Shown piece after piece: positions 38,585 to 49,105 of a DNA stretch of 64,000 nt. The position numbers were made by a program, and so were the translations under genes. Where the stretch lies: contig OZ244937.1 in assembly GCA_965222075.1 (NCBI GenBank), positions 1-64,000 of the forward strand, read 5' to 3'. This stretch comes from Candidatus Latescibacterota bacterium (lineage in GTDB: Bacteria; Latescibacterota; UBA2968; GCA-2709665). How positions within the stretch are numbered: position 1 is the stretch's first letter; every line of letters starts with the position of its first letter. The notes below the pieces were generated by a model. It did not search any database, was not told the DNA's origin, and was given only the letters and a program-made list of their open reading frames with translations.

Positions 38585-40393
38585 ATGCCGGTTGAGACGC
38601 CGATACTCGTGCTGCTGCGCCGGTGGGCGGAGGCGCCGTTTAACCCGTATCTGGAGGAGATCCTCCAGATGGAGGGGTATTTCTGCTACCGGGTGGAGGA
38701 TGTGACGGACCGGGCGATTGACGATGGGGTGCTGGGTGACGCGCCTGTGGCGGTGCTGACGCGGATGGAACTGTCGGCGGCGGAGATGGAGGCGCTGGGG
38801 CGGTATGTGGAGCGTGGGGGACGGCTGGTTGCGTTTCGGCCGCCTGCGGCGCTGGCCGGGCTGTTTGGGTGCGTTCCTCTGGAGGGGAGGTATAGTCTGG
38901 CGTGCGAGGGGTTTGTGGTGGTGGATCGGGAGCATCCTGCGACGAGCGGATTTCCGGAGAGCGGGATGCAGTTTCGTGGGGATGCGGAGCTTTATATGCC
39001 GGAGGAGGCGAATCGGATTGCGTCATTTTGCACGGAGCCGGAGGGTTTGCTGCCGTTTGCGGGTGTGTCGTTGTGGTATCGGGGCAGGGGTGCGACGGCG
39101 TTGTTTGCGTATGATCTTGTGGAGACGGTGGTGCGGTTGCATCAGGGGAATCCGGAGCAGGCGTCCAACGGGAGCCGGCCGGATGCGGACCGGGACAATA
39201 TGTTCAAGCCGAACGATTTCTACGTTGGAGAGACCGATCCCCGGATGAGGCTGGTGCCTCAGGCGGATTTGCATCAGGATCTTTTGGTGCGTGTGTTGCG
39301 TTTTTTGACGGACGATGGGTTGCCGTTGCTTCGGGTGTGGCACTATCCTGGGGGGAAGCCTGCGGTGACGTTTTTGAACGGTGACAGCGACGGGATGGTG
39401 GATGGGGATCTGCAGCGGGTGGAGGGTTTGCTGCGTCGGTATGGGGCGTCGTTTACGGTGTATGTGATGGAGGAGCATTTTCCGCTGTTTTCGCCGGGTG
39501 CGGTTCCGGATCTGAAGGGGCGGGGGCTGGACTTTGGGCCCCATCCGTTTTGCGGGAGCCGGACCCCGACGGTGGAGCAGATGGGGGTGCATTTAGAGGC
39601 GATGTCGGCGGATTTTGAAGGGCATTTCGGGTATCGGGCGACGAGTACGCGGCACCACAATGTGATCTTTCCGGGATGGACGGAGACGTTTGAGACGCTG
39701 AGCCGGTTGGGCTACCGGATTGATACGAATCATATGGCGACCCGTTACTTCTACCCGGGGTATCTCTCCGGGAGCGGTCTGCCGTTCAAGTTTATCGATC
39801 GGAACGGCGAGATGGTGGATCTCTACGAGCAGGCGACGACGCTGGTGGATGACCCTGCGATGCATAAGTGGCTGCGGCCGACGTTTTCGGTGGAGGAGGC
39901 GCTGGAGGTGGAACAGAAGGTGTTCGTCGACTGCGTGGAGCGTTACCACACGGTTTTCCACCACTACTTCCATCCGGGCATCCAGAAGGATAAGAACTGG
40001 CACCGATACGGATGCCCGGAGGGGAACTACGCGGCAAAGGCGCTTTACAAGGCGCTGGAGTTGACGCGGGACACCGGGCTGCCGACGTTTACGGGGGAGG
40101 CGTGGGCGGGGTTCAACGACGGGCGGCGGGCGGTGCGGATAAGGGTGTTGGATGCGGGCGGCGGGCGCTGTGGGTTCCAGGTGGGATCGGCGCGTGACGT
40201 GTCAGGGCTGACGTTGATGCTGCCGGGTTGGAGCGATGGGGCGATGCTGTCGTCGGTGAGGGTGGACGGGCAGTGTGTGGAGGTGGCGTGTGTGGACTGG
40301 GAGGGGCTGGCATGGGGGGTGTGGACGATGGACGTGGAGGCGGGGCGGTCTTACAGGGTGGAGGGGATGTATAAAGTGACGATTGGTGACTGA
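38585..40393 (+). CDS. ~600-aa uncharacterised protein with N-terminal GATase-like and central NodB/deacetylase-like barrel, copy A
   Basis: PFNPYLEEIL, QGNP, VPQAD, FLNGDSDG, GPHP, TRHHN, YFHP. Fold assignment is an inference. Confidence 0.65.
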   Translation: MPVETPILVLLRRWAEAPFNPYLEEILQMEGYFCYRVEDVTDRAIDDGVLGDAPVAVLTRMELSAAEMEALGRYVERGGRLVAFRPPAALAGLFGCVPLEGRYSLACEGFVVVDREHPATSGFPESGMQFRGDAELYMPEEANRIASFCTEPEGLLPFAGVSLWYRGRGATALFAYDLVETVVRLHQGNPEQASNGSRPDADRDNMFKPNDFYVGETDPRMRLVPQADLHQDLLVRVLRFLTDDGLPLLRVWHYPGGKPAVTFLNGDSDGMVDGDLQRVEGLLRRYGASFTVYVMEEHFPLFSPGAVPDLKGRGLDFGPHPFCGSRTPTVEQMGVHLEAMSADFEGHFGYRATSTRHHNVIFPGWTETFETLSRLGYRIDTNHMATRYFYPGYLSGSGLPFKFIDRNGEMVDLYEQATTLVDDPAMHKWLRPTFSVEEALEVEQKVFVDCVERYHTVFHHYFHPGIQKDKNWHRYGCPEGNYAAKALYKALELTRDTGLPTFTGEAWAGFNDGRRAVRIRVLDAGGGRCGFQVGSARDVSGLTLMLPGWSDGAMLSSVRVDGQCVEVACVDWEGLAWGVWTMDVEAGRSYRVEGMYKVTIGD

Positions 40394-40415
40394 TGGTATT
40401 CAAAAGGATATCCGT

Positions 40416-41306
40416 ATGAAAACCGCACTCCATTCCGTCAGTTACGCCGGGGTCTGGACCGGCCAGCACCGGCTCTCCCTTGAGGGTTTTTTGCAGAAGG
40501 CGTCGGACCTGGGCTACGATGGCGTGATGCTGATGGCCAAGCGGCCGCATCTGTCGATCCTCGACATGGACCGCGAGGCCAGGACGCGTGTCCGCGGCCT
40601 GCTAAAAGAGAAGCATCTGGAGCTGGCCTGTGTAGGCGGATACTGCGATTTCAGCATTGGCGCAGAGCGGCCCGAGATCCCGGTGCTGGAGATGCAGATC
40701 GCCTATGTGACGGAGCTGGCCCGGCTGGCGCAGGACTTGGGCGGCGACAAGGTGCGGATCTATACGGCTTACGAGCGGCCGGAATTTTCGACCGATCAGC
40801 TCTGGGACCGCTGTGTGCAGGCGGTCAAGGAGTGCGCCCGGAGGGCTGCGGATTTCAGTGTGACCATCGGGGTGCAGAACCACCACGATCTGGCCAACCA
40901 CTACGAGGGCTATCTGGCGTTTTTGAAGGAGGTGGATGAGCCGAATTGCAAGGCGATGTTCGACGCCTGGGCGCTGGAGCTGCACGGGAGCGACGTTCAG
41001 GAGGCGGTGCGGAAGCTGGCGCCCTATATCGTTCACACTACCGTGGCCGACTACGTGCGGCGGCCCCGGTTTCTGTATGACTCCCGCTACGTCAACTTCG
41101 AGCGGGGGCTGGATGTCTTCAAGGCGGTGCCGGTTGGGGAGGGCGAAGTCAATTACCGGGGTTTCCTCGGGGCGTTGAAGGAGATCGGGTATACCGGGTT
41201 TGTGGCCTACGAGATGTGTTCAATGCTCGAAGGCGGCGGCTCTGAGGCAAATCTGGACCGATTCGCTAAGCGTTTCCTGGAGTATATGCAGACCGTCGAG
41301 GACTGA
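40416..41306 (+). CDS. Sugar phosphate isomerase/epimerase (xylose isomerase-like TIM barrel)
   Basis: GYDGV, VQNHHD, MFDAW, VPVGEG, GYTGFVAYE. Confidence 0.85.
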   Translation: MKTALHSVSYAGVWTGQHRLSLEGFLQKASDLGYDGVMLMAKRPHLSILDMDREARTRVRGLLKEKHLELACVGGYCDFSIGAERPEIPVLEMQIAYVTELARLAQDLGGDKVRIYTAYERPEFSTDQLWDRCVQAVKECARRAADFSVTIGVQNHHDLANHYEGYLAFLKEVDEPNCKAMFDAWALELHGSDVQEAVRKLAPYIVHTTVADYVRRPRFLYDSRYVNFERGLDVFKAVPVGEGEVNYRGFLGALKEIGYTGFVAYEMCSMLEGGGSEANLDRFAKRFLEYMQTVED

Positions 41307-41468
41307 ACACTCGCCCACAACTGGAAGAGACGCTGTGGCAGGCGCGCACGATACCGAACGAATGGACACTTTTGAATCCCGTTATTCTGGAAGCACAAGG
41401 CTCGCTGAGCGACGCGGTGGTCGAGGCAGTCTGCTCCCCGAACGCCGCACTCGAAGGAGGATTGAAAG

Positions 41469-42374
41469 ATGGCGAGGGATATTCTGGAGTCTTTGAAGCA
41501 GGGCTTCGTTTTGGGGGATGGGGGGTATCTGGTGGAGGCGAGGTTTCGGGGGTACAGCACGCCGAGGGTCATCGTGGAGTTTCCGAATGTCCTGCGCCTG
41601 ATCCACCAGGATTTCTTCCGGGCGGGCTCACAGGTGCTGCAGGCTCACACGTGGTGGACCACGCGCAGGCACCTGAAGGCGCGAGGGGGGGAGGCGAACT
41701 GGGCCGACCGGATGGAGGAGATCAATCGAACGGCGGTTCGATTGGCGAAGGAGGTGGCAGGGGATGAGGCGCTGGTGGCAGGGAGCGTGTGTGCCGCAGC
41801 GTATGGAAAGGACGTACTGGACCTGGACGACGGGGCGGCCTGCGATCGGGCGCAGGCGGAGTGGGACGAACAGATCGCGGTGATGGCCGACGAAGGGGTG
41901 GATTTTCTGATCTGCGAGGCGTTTCTGAGGCTGGGGGAGGCCCGGCTGGCACTGGAGTGCTGCAAGAAGACCGGACTTCCCACAGTGGTCTGCATCAGCA
42001 TCTACCCGGATGAGGCGGTGACGCGGGACGGGGCGTCTCCGGCGGAATGCGCGCGTGTGCTGGCCGAGGAGGGCGCGGATATTGTGGGATCGAATTGCTG
42101 CCGGGAGCCCGCCCAGATGTGGCCAATGGTGCTGGAGATGCGGGAGGCGGTGGATGTGCCGATCGCCTTCCAGCCGGTGGGGTGCCGGACGAGTGCGCCC
42201 GGCGATTGGCGGTCGATCCGGGAGTCGGTGATTGTCCCCGGCGTGGAGATGGCCAAGTTTGCGCTGCAGGCGAAGGCGGAGGGGATCAATTATATCGGGG
42301 CGTGCTGTGGGGCCGGTCCCGAGCTGATCCGGGCGATGGCGCAGGCGCTGGGTTGCGAACGGGATCCGATCTGA
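41469..42374 (+). CDS. Homocysteine S-methyltransferase family protein 3
   Basis: LGDGGY, GSNC, GACCG; close paralog of copy 1. Confidence 0.9.
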   Translation: MARDILESLKQGFVLGDGGYLVEARFRGYSTPRVIVEFPNVLRLIHQDFFRAGSQVLQAHTWWTTRRHLKARGGEANWADRMEEINRTAVRLAKEVAGDEALVAGSVCAAAYGKDVLDLDDGAACDRAQAEWDEQIAVMADEGVDFLICEAFLRLGEARLALECCKKTGLPTVVCISIYPDEAVTRDGASPAECARVLAEEGADIVGSNCCREPAQMWPMVLEMREAVDVPIAFQPVGCRTSAPGDWRSIRESVIVPGVEMAKFALQAKAEGINYIGACCGAGPELIRAMAQALGCERDPI

Positions 42375-44194
42375 TGAAAAGTAGGATTCAGGAGGTTGAG
42401 ACGCCGATACTCGTGCTGCTGCGGCGGTGGGCAGGGGCGCCGTTTAACCCGTATCTGGAGGAGATCCTCCAGATGGAGGGGTATTTCTGCTACCGGGTGG
42501 AGGATGTGACGGACCGGGCGATTGACGATGGGGTGCTGGGTGACGCGTCTGTGGCGGTGCTGACGCGGATGGAACTGTCGGCGGCGGAGATGGAGGCGCT
42601 GGGGCGGTATGTGGATCGGGGGGGACGGCTGGTTGCGTTTCGGCCGCCTGCGGCGCTGGCCGGGCTGTTTGGGTGCAGCGAGGTGAGGGGGGTGGAAGAT
42701 GTGTATAGTCTGGCGTGCGAGGGGTTTGTGGTGGTGGATCGGGAGCATCCTGCGACGAGCGGATTTCCGGAGAGCGGGATGCAGTTTCGTGGGGATGCGG
42801 AGCTTTATATGCCGGAGGAGGCGAATCGGATTGCGTCATTTTGCACGGAGCCGGAGGGTTTGCTGCCGTTTGCGGGTGTGTCGTTGTGGTATCGGGGCAG
42901 GGGTGCGACGGCGTTGTTTGCGTATGATCTTGTGGAGACGGTGGTGCGGTTGCATCAGGGGAATCCGGAGCAGGCGTCCAACGGGAGCCGGCCGGATGCG
43001 GACCGGGACAATATGTTCAAGCCGAACGATTTCTACGTTGGAGAGACGGATCCCCGGATGAAGCTGGTGCCTCAGGCGGATTTGCATCAGGATCTTTTGG
43101 TGCGTGTGTTGCGTTTTTTGACGGACGATGGGTTGCCGTTGCTTCGGGTGTGGCACTATCCTGGGGGGAAGCCTGCGGTGACGTTTTTGAACGGTGACAG
43201 CGACGGGATGGTGGATGGGGATCTGCAGCGGGTGGAGGGTTTGCTGCGTCGGTATGGGGCGTCGTTTACGGTGTATGTGATGGAGGAGCATTTTTCGCTG
43301 TTTTCGCCGGATGCGGTTCCGGATCTGAAGGGGCGGGGGCTGGACTTTGGAATCCACCCGAATTGTGGGAGTTTAACCCCGACGGTGGAACAGATGGGGG
43401 TGCATTTAGAGGCGATGTCGGCGGATTTTGAAGGGCATTTCGGGTATCGGGCGACGAGTACGCGACACGACGCGGCAATCTGTCCGGGATGGACGGAGAC
43501 GTTTGAGACGCTGAGCCGGTTGGGCTACCGGATTGATACGAATCATATGGCGACCCGTTACTTCTACCCGGGGTATCTTTCAGGGAGCGGTCTGCCGTTC
43601 AAGTTTATCGATCGGAACGGCGAGATGGTGGATCTCTACGAGCAGGCGACGACGCTGGTGGATGATCCTGCGATGCATAAGTGGCTTCGGCCGACGTTTT
43701 CGGTGGAGGAGGCGCTGGAGGTGGAACAGAAGGTGTTCGTCGACTGCGTGGAGCGTTACCACACGGTTTTCCACCACTACTTTCATCCGGGCATCCAGAA
43801 GGATAAGAACTGGCACCGATACGGATGCCCGGAGGGGAACTACGCGGCAAAGGCGCTTTACAAGGCGCTGGAGTTGACGCGGGACACCGGGCTGCCGACG
43901 TTTACGGGGGAGGCGTGGGCGGGGTTCAACGACGGGCGGCGGGCGGTGCGGATAAAGATGTTGGATGCGGGCGGCGGGCGCTGTGGGTTCCAGGTGGGGT
44001 CGGCGCGTGACGTGTCAGGGCTGACGTTGATGCTGCCGGGTTGGAGCGATGGGGCGATGCTGTCGTCGGTGAGGGTGGACGGGCAGTGTGTGGAGGTGGC
44101 GTGTGTGGACTGGGAGGGGCTGGCATGGGGGGTGTGGACGATGGACGTGGAGGCGGGAACGGCTTGCAGGGTAGAGGGGACCTATGGGCGATGA
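42374..44194 (+). CDS. ~600-aa deacetylase-fold protein, copy B
   Basis: Near-identical to copy A; TGATG overlap with the upstream gene. Confidence 0.65.
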   Translation: MKSRIQEVETPILVLLRRWAGAPFNPYLEEILQMEGYFCYRVEDVTDRAIDDGVLGDASVAVLTRMELSAAEMEALGRYVDRGGRLVAFRPPAALAGLFGCSEVRGVEDVYSLACEGFVVVDREHPATSGFPESGMQFRGDAELYMPEEANRIASFCTEPEGLLPFAGVSLWYRGRGATALFAYDLVETVVRLHQGNPEQASNGSRPDADRDNMFKPNDFYVGETDPRMKLVPQADLHQDLLVRVLRFLTDDGLPLLRVWHYPGGKPAVTFLNGDSDGMVDGDLQRVEGLLRRYGASFTVYVMEEHFSLFSPDAVPDLKGRGLDFGIHPNCGSLTPTVEQMGVHLEAMSADFEGHFGYRATSTRHDAAICPGWTETFETLSRLGYRIDTNHMATRYFYPGYLSGSGLPFKFIDRNGEMVDLYEQATTLVDDPAMHKWLRPTFSVEEALEVEQKVFVDCVERYHTVFHHYFHPGIQKDKNWHRYGCPEGNYAAKALYKALELTRDTGLPTFTGEAWAGFNDGRRAVRIKMLDAGGGRCGFQVGSARDVSGLTLMLPGWSDGAMLSSVRVDGQCVEVACVDWEGLAWGVWTMDVEAGTACRVEGTYGR

Positions 44195-44233
44195 TTGCCT
44201 CTCAAAAACCTTTTTTCGGAGGAGGATCGGAGG

Positions 44234-45121
44234 ATGGCAATGGACATTCTGGAGTCGCTGAAGCAGGGTGTCGTCCTGGGAGATGGGGGATATCTGGAGG
44301 AAGCGAAGTATCGCGGGTACAGCACGCCGAGGGTTATTGTGGAGTTTCCGGATGTCCTGCGGCAGATCCACGTGGATTTCTTCCGGGCAGGCGCGCAGGT
44401 GCTTCAGGCCCTGACGTGGTGGACCACGCGTAGCCTTCTGAAGCGGCAGGGAAAGGCGGACTGGAGCGACCGGCTGGAGGAGATCAACCGGACGGCCGTT
44501 CGGGTGGCCAAGGAGGCCGCCGGCGATGAGGCGCTGGTGGCCGGGTGTGTGGTTCCGTCCTTCAGGTCCGATATTTCGGGGTCACGCGAGGCGATCCAGG
44601 CGGAGTGGGACGAACAGATTGCGGTGATGGCGGAGGCGGGCGTGGATATGCTGATCTGCGAGGCGTTCCTCCGGCTGGACGAGGCCCGGCTGGCCCTGGC
44701 GTGCTGCAAGAAGGCCAGGGTCCCGGCGATGGTCTGGATGAGCATCTTTCCGATGGAGACGATGACGCGGGACGAGGACGGGGTGTCTCCGGCGGAGTGT
44801 GCGCGGGTGCTGGTGGACGAGGGGGCGGACAGCGTGGGAATGAATTGTACGCGTGAGCCACGTGATATGTGGCCGATGGTGCTGGAGATGCGGGAGGCGG
44901 TGGATGTGCCGACCGCTTTCATGCCGGTCGGTCACCGGACGAGTGCTCCCGGCTGGCGGCCGGTCCGGGAAGCTATGATTGTCCCCGGCGTGGAGATGGC
45001 CGAGTATGCTTTGAAGGCGAAGGCAGAGGGGATCAACTTCATCGGTGCTTGCTGCGGCGCCGGGCCCGAGCATATCCGTGCGATGGCGCAGGCGCTGGGT
45101 TGCGAACGGGATCCGATCTGA
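44234..45121 (+). CDS. Homocysteine S-methyltransferase family protein 4
   Basis: LGDGGY, GMNC, GACCG. Confidence 0.9.
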   Translation: MAMDILESLKQGVVLGDGGYLEEAKYRGYSTPRVIVEFPDVLRQIHVDFFRAGAQVLQALTWWTTRSLLKRQGKADWSDRLEEINRTAVRVAKEAAGDEALVAGCVVPSFRSDISGSREAIQAEWDEQIAVMAEAGVDMLICEAFLRLDEARLALACCKKARVPAMVWMSIFPMETMTRDEDGVSPAECARVLVDEGADSVGMNCTREPRDMWPMVLEMREAVDVPTAFMPVGHRTSAPGWRPVREAMIVPGVEMAEYALKAKAEGINFIGACCGAGPEHIRAMAQALGCERDPI

Positions 45122-46944
45122 TGAAAAGTAGGATTCAGGAGGTTGAGACGCCGATACTCGTGCTGCTGCGGCGGTGGGCAGGGGCGCCGTTTAACCCGTA
45201 TCTGGAGGAGATCCTCCAGATGGAGGGGTATTTCTGCTACCGGGTGGAGGATGTGACGGACCGGGCGATTGACGATGGGGTGCTGGGTGATGCGCCTGTA
45301 GCGGTGCTGACGCGGATGGAACTGTCGGCGGCGGAGATGGAGGCGCTGGGGCGGTATGTGGATCGGGGGGGACGGCTGGTTGCGTTTCGGCCGCCTGCGG
45401 CGCTGGCCGGGCTGTTTGGGTGCAGCGAGGTGAAGGGGGTGCAGGGGGTGTACAGTTTGGCGTGCGAGGGGTTTGTGGTGGTGGATCGGGAGCATCCTGC
45501 GACGAGCGGATTTCCGGAGAGCGGGATGCAGTTTCGTGGGGATGCGGAGCTTTATATGCCGGAGGAGGCGAATCGGATTGCGTCATTTTGCACGGAGCCG
45601 GAGGGTTTGCTGCCGTTTGCGGGGGTAGCACTCTGGTATCGGGGCAGGGGTGCGACGGCGTTGTTTGCGTATGATCTTGTGGAGACGGTGGTGCGGTTGC
45701 ATCAGGGGAATCCGGAGCAGGCGTCCAACGGGAGCCGGCCGGACCGGGATCGGGATTTCAAGTTTACGCAGAGCGATCAATTTGTGGGGGAGACGGATCC
45801 CCGGATGAAGCTGGTGCCTCAGGCGGATTTGCATCAGGATCTTTTGGTGCGTGTGTTGCGTTTTTTGACGGACGATGGGTTGCCGTTGCTTCGGGTGTGG
45901 CACTATCCTGGGGGGAAGCCTGCGGTGACGTTTTTGAACGGTGACAGCGACGGGATGGTGGATGGGGATCTGCAGCGGGTGGAGGGTTTGCTGCGTCGGT
46001 ATGGGGCGTCGTTTACGGTGTATGTGATGGAGGAGCATTTTCCGCTGTTTTCGCCGGATGCGGTTCCGGATCTGAAGGGGCGGGGGCTGGACTTTGGGCC
46101 CCATCCGTTTTGCGGGAGCCGGACTCCCACGGTGGAGCAGATGGGGGTGCACCTGGAGGCGATGTCGGCGGATTTTGAGGGACATTTCGGGTATCGGGCG
46201 ACGAGCACACGACACCACAATGTGATCTGCCCGGGGTGGACGGAGACGTTTGAGACGCTGAGCCGGCTGGGCTACCGGATTGATACGAATCACCTGTCTT
46301 CTCGCTATTTCTACCGCGGGTATCTCTCCGGGAGCGGTCTGCCGTTCAAGTTTATCGATCGGAACGGCGAGATGGTGGATCTCTACGAGCAGGCGACTTT
46401 GCTGGTGGATGACCCTACGGTTCACAAGTATCTGCGGCCGACGGTTTCGGTGGAGGAGGCGCTGGAGCTGGAACAGAAGGTGTTCGTCGACTGCGTGGAG
46501 CGCTACCACACGGTCTTTCACCACTACTTCCATCCGGGCATCCAGAAGGATAAGAACTGGCACCGATACGGATGCCCGGAGGGGAACTACGCGGCAAAGG
46601 CGCTTTACAAGGCACTGGAGTTGACGCGGGACACCGGGCTACCGACGTTTACGGGGGAGGCGTGGGCGGCGTTCAACGACGGGCGGCGGACGGTGCGGAT
46701 AAGGGTGTTGGATGCGGGCGGTGGGCGCTGTGGGTTCGAGGTGGGGTCGGCGCGTGACGTGTCAGGGCTGACGTTGATGCTGCCGGGTTGGAGCGATGGG
46801 GCGATGCTGTCGTCGGTGAGGGTGGACGGGCAGTCTGTAGAGGTCGAATCGGCGGGGTGGGAAGGGCTGGAGTGGGGCGTGTGGACGATGGACGTGGAGG
46901 CGGGGACGGCTTGCAGAGTGGAGGGGACCTATGGGCCGCGTTGA
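45121..46944 (+). CDS. ~600-aa deacetylase-fold protein, copy C
   Basis: Near-identical to copies A and B; TGATG overlap. Confidence 0.65.
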   Translation: MKSRIQEVETPILVLLRRWAGAPFNPYLEEILQMEGYFCYRVEDVTDRAIDDGVLGDAPVAVLTRMELSAAEMEALGRYVDRGGRLVAFRPPAALAGLFGCSEVKGVQGVYSLACEGFVVVDREHPATSGFPESGMQFRGDAELYMPEEANRIASFCTEPEGLLPFAGVALWYRGRGATALFAYDLVETVVRLHQGNPEQASNGSRPDRDRDFKFTQSDQFVGETDPRMKLVPQADLHQDLLVRVLRFLTDDGLPLLRVWHYPGGKPAVTFLNGDSDGMVDGDLQRVEGLLRRYGASFTVYVMEEHFPLFSPDAVPDLKGRGLDFGPHPFCGSRTPTVEQMGVHLEAMSADFEGHFGYRATSTRHHNVICPGWTETFETLSRLGYRIDTNHLSSRYFYRGYLSGSGLPFKFIDRNGEMVDLYEQATLLVDDPTVHKYLRPTVSVEEALELEQKVFVDCVERYHTVFHHYFHPGIQKDKNWHRYGCPEGNYAAKALYKALELTRDTGLPTFTGEAWAAFNDGRRTVRIRVLDAGGGRCGFEVGSARDVSGLTLMLPGWSDGAMLSSVRVDGQSVEVESAGWEGLEWGVWTMDVEAGTACRVEGTYGPR

Positions 46945-48994
46945 TGAGTGTCTCCAATCCGATAAAACCCGTTCTGCTGTGCCCTCAACCGGCCAGTCCA
47001 CCGACGCTCCTGAAGTTAAACTCTCCCGCGCGGTCACCCCCCGCGCCCTTGCCATCGGCACCCTGCTGATCATCGCGATCGATTTCTGGAATATCCATAC
47101 CGAGACGGTCGCCCGCGCCTCACGGGTCAATATAACCCAGTTTCCCGTCTCTTTTGTCGCGTTTTTCGCGCTCATTGTCCTCGTTGTCAATCCCGTCCTG
47201 ACCGCTTTGCGCCGGAAGTGGGCGCTCACCTCCGGCGAGATGCTTGTTGTCCTTGGCATGGGTCTGATCGGCTCCCTCATCCCTTCCTACGGTCTGACCA
47301 GCATCCTCATCGGCATGCTGGCCACTCCCTTCTACCATGCCTCCCCGGAGAACCAGTGGGACATTTACTTTCTCGATCATATTCCGCTCTGGCTGGCTCC
47401 CCGGAATACGGGCTTCGCCCTCACCTATCTGTTCGAAGGGCTCCCCCCCGGCGCCTCCATCCCCTGGGGGGTCTGGGTGGTTCCCCTGTTCTGGTGGGGC
47501 ACCCTGATCGCAGCAGTTGTGGCGTTCAGCCTGGGCATCGCGGTGATTCTGCGCCGCCAGTGGGCTGAACACGAACGCCTCATCTACCCGCTCCTGAAGC
47601 CTGCCATCGCCCTTACCGAGCAGCCGCATCCTGGCACCTTTTGGGCCAATATTGTGCTTACCCGCCTCTTCTGGGCCGGCTTCGCCCTGGCCCTGGGAAT
47701 CAGCGCCTGGAACTACTTATCTTCTGCGCATTCAGGCATCTTTTCAATGGTTCCCCCCCCCCCTCGCATCCTGTGGCCGGGTCAGTGGTTCTACCTTGAT
47801 CGCTACATGCCTCCGATCTGGACCGTTTTCAACCTCTATACCTTCGGCTTCGGGTATTTCGTCGATCAGGACATTCTCCTCAGCTTCTGGGTCTTCAACC
47901 TGCTGCTGACCGCAGAGGTCGGCCTGTTTCGACGGGTGGGCTACCAGATCGGCGGGGATACCGGCATCCTCGGCTATATCGGCGGAAGCAGCCTCTGGGG
48001 CAACGCCGAGACGGCCTGGCAGTGCTTTGGCGCCCTGGTGTTCCTGGTGCTCGGGGGCCTCTACGTTGCCCGGCGACACTTGGCCGACGTGGTCCGCAAG
48101 GCCCTTCGACCCAGCCACCCCTTAGACGACGCGGGCGAAATGCTCTCGTGCCGAACGGCTGTCCTCTGCGTCATCGGCGGTCTGGCCTACACGCTTTTCT
48201 GGTTTCACGCCGCCGGCCTGGAGTACCAGATGCTTATCCCTTACCTGTTCGCCCTCCTGATCACCTATATCGGCGTTACGCGATTCGTGGCCGAGGGTGG
48301 GGTCCTCTACGCCTTCACTCCCATGAGCCCACAGGAGTTTATGGTGCGCATCAACGGCACCGCCTCCACTACCGCCTCCAGTATGACGTTCCTTACCTTC
48401 TCCTTCATCCTGTGTTCCAACAGGAAAGGGTTTCTCCTGCCGCCCCTGGCCCAGGTGACCCGCCTGGGTGGTCTGCTCCGGGGACCGGGGCGCCGGCTCT
48501 TCGTCGCTGTCGCTCTGGCCATCCTCGTCGCATTCATCGTTTCGATCCTCATGACCCTCTACATGAGCTACACCTACGGCGCCTCCAACTTCCGCGACTA
48601 CCCCCTCACCAGATACCCGCCCAGTCTCTTCGACCGGACACTCACCCTCGTTAAGAGCTACGCAGAGACCGACCCGGAGCACTTTATGTTCCTGGGCATC
48701 GGCGCGGGGGTCATGGCCCTTCTCACCTACCTCCGCTACCGCTTCCCCTGGTGGCCTCTCCACCCCATCGGCCTTCCCATCGCCGGCACCGAAGCCCGCA
48801 CCTCTATCGTGAGCATTATCGTGGTCTGGGGCATCAAATCGGTCCTCCTTTGGGCCGGCGGCGTGGTTCTCTACCGCCGGGCCATCCCCTTTTTTGTCGG
48901 TCTCATCGCGGGTTATTCCATCGCTGCCCTCCTCGGCCATCTGGCCGATCAGATCTGGTTCTCCGGTCAGGGGCATTACATACACGGATGGTGA
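46931..48994 (+). CDS. DUF6785/DUF6784-type membrane protein, copy 2
   Basis: Paralog of 27349-29370 (ASPENQW, FPWWPLHPIG). Confidence 0.8.
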   Translation: MGRVDECLQSDKTRSAVPSTGQSTDAPEVKLSRAVTPRALAIGTLLIIAIDFWNIHTETVARASRVNITQFPVSFVAFFALIVLVVNPVLTALRRKWALTSGEMLVVLGMGLIGSLIPSYGLTSILIGMLATPFYHASPENQWDIYFLDHIPLWLAPRNTGFALTYLFEGLPPGASIPWGVWVVPLFWWGTLIAAVVAFSLGIAVILRRQWAEHERLIYPLLKPAIALTEQPHPGTFWANIVLTRLFWAGFALALGISAWNYLSSAHSGIFSMVPPPPRILWPGQWFYLDRYMPPIWTVFNLYTFGFGYFVDQDILLSFWVFNLLLTAEVGLFRRVGYQIGGDTGILGYIGGSSLWGNAETAWQCFGALVFLVLGGLYVARRHLADVVRKALRPSHPLDDAGEMLSCRTAVLCVIGGLAYTLFWFHAAGLEYQMLIPYLFALLITYIGVTRFVAEGGVLYAFTPMSPQEFMVRINGTASTTASSMTFLTFSFILCSNRKGFLLPPLAQVTRLGGLLRGPGRRLFVAVALAILVAFIVSILMTLYMSYTYGASNFRDYPLTRYPPSLFDRTLTLVKSYAETDPEHFMFLGIGAGVMALLTYLRYRFPWWPLHPIGLPIAGTEARTSIVSIIVVWGIKSVLLWAGGVVLYRRAIPFFVGLIAGYSIAALLGHLADQIWFSGQGHYIHGW

Positions 48995-49105
48995 GGATCA
49001 TAACTTTGAAATACGCCACAGAATCACACGGAATCACACGGAGGGCAGGTGCGGTCTATGGCGGCGGCATTGGGTAAAACACTGCGGAATTAGAAGGGGA
49101 GAGCC

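Noticed and set aside
41307-41468. Protein-like open frame in the spacer (RPQLEETLWQART...)
   Set aside because: It may be another gene remnant, but I cannot assign it to any family.
42360-42380. Selenocysteine or readthrough fusion at the methyltransferase TGA
   Set aside because: It is a standard TGATG stop/start overlap in a different frame. The long N-terminal extensions in the ORF track (42047, 44869, 23856, 25088) are artefacts.
38585-46944. Diversity-generating retroelement as the cause of the variable copies
   Set aside because: No reverse transcriptase or template repeat in the window. Differences are not adenine-specific and are spread across the gene.
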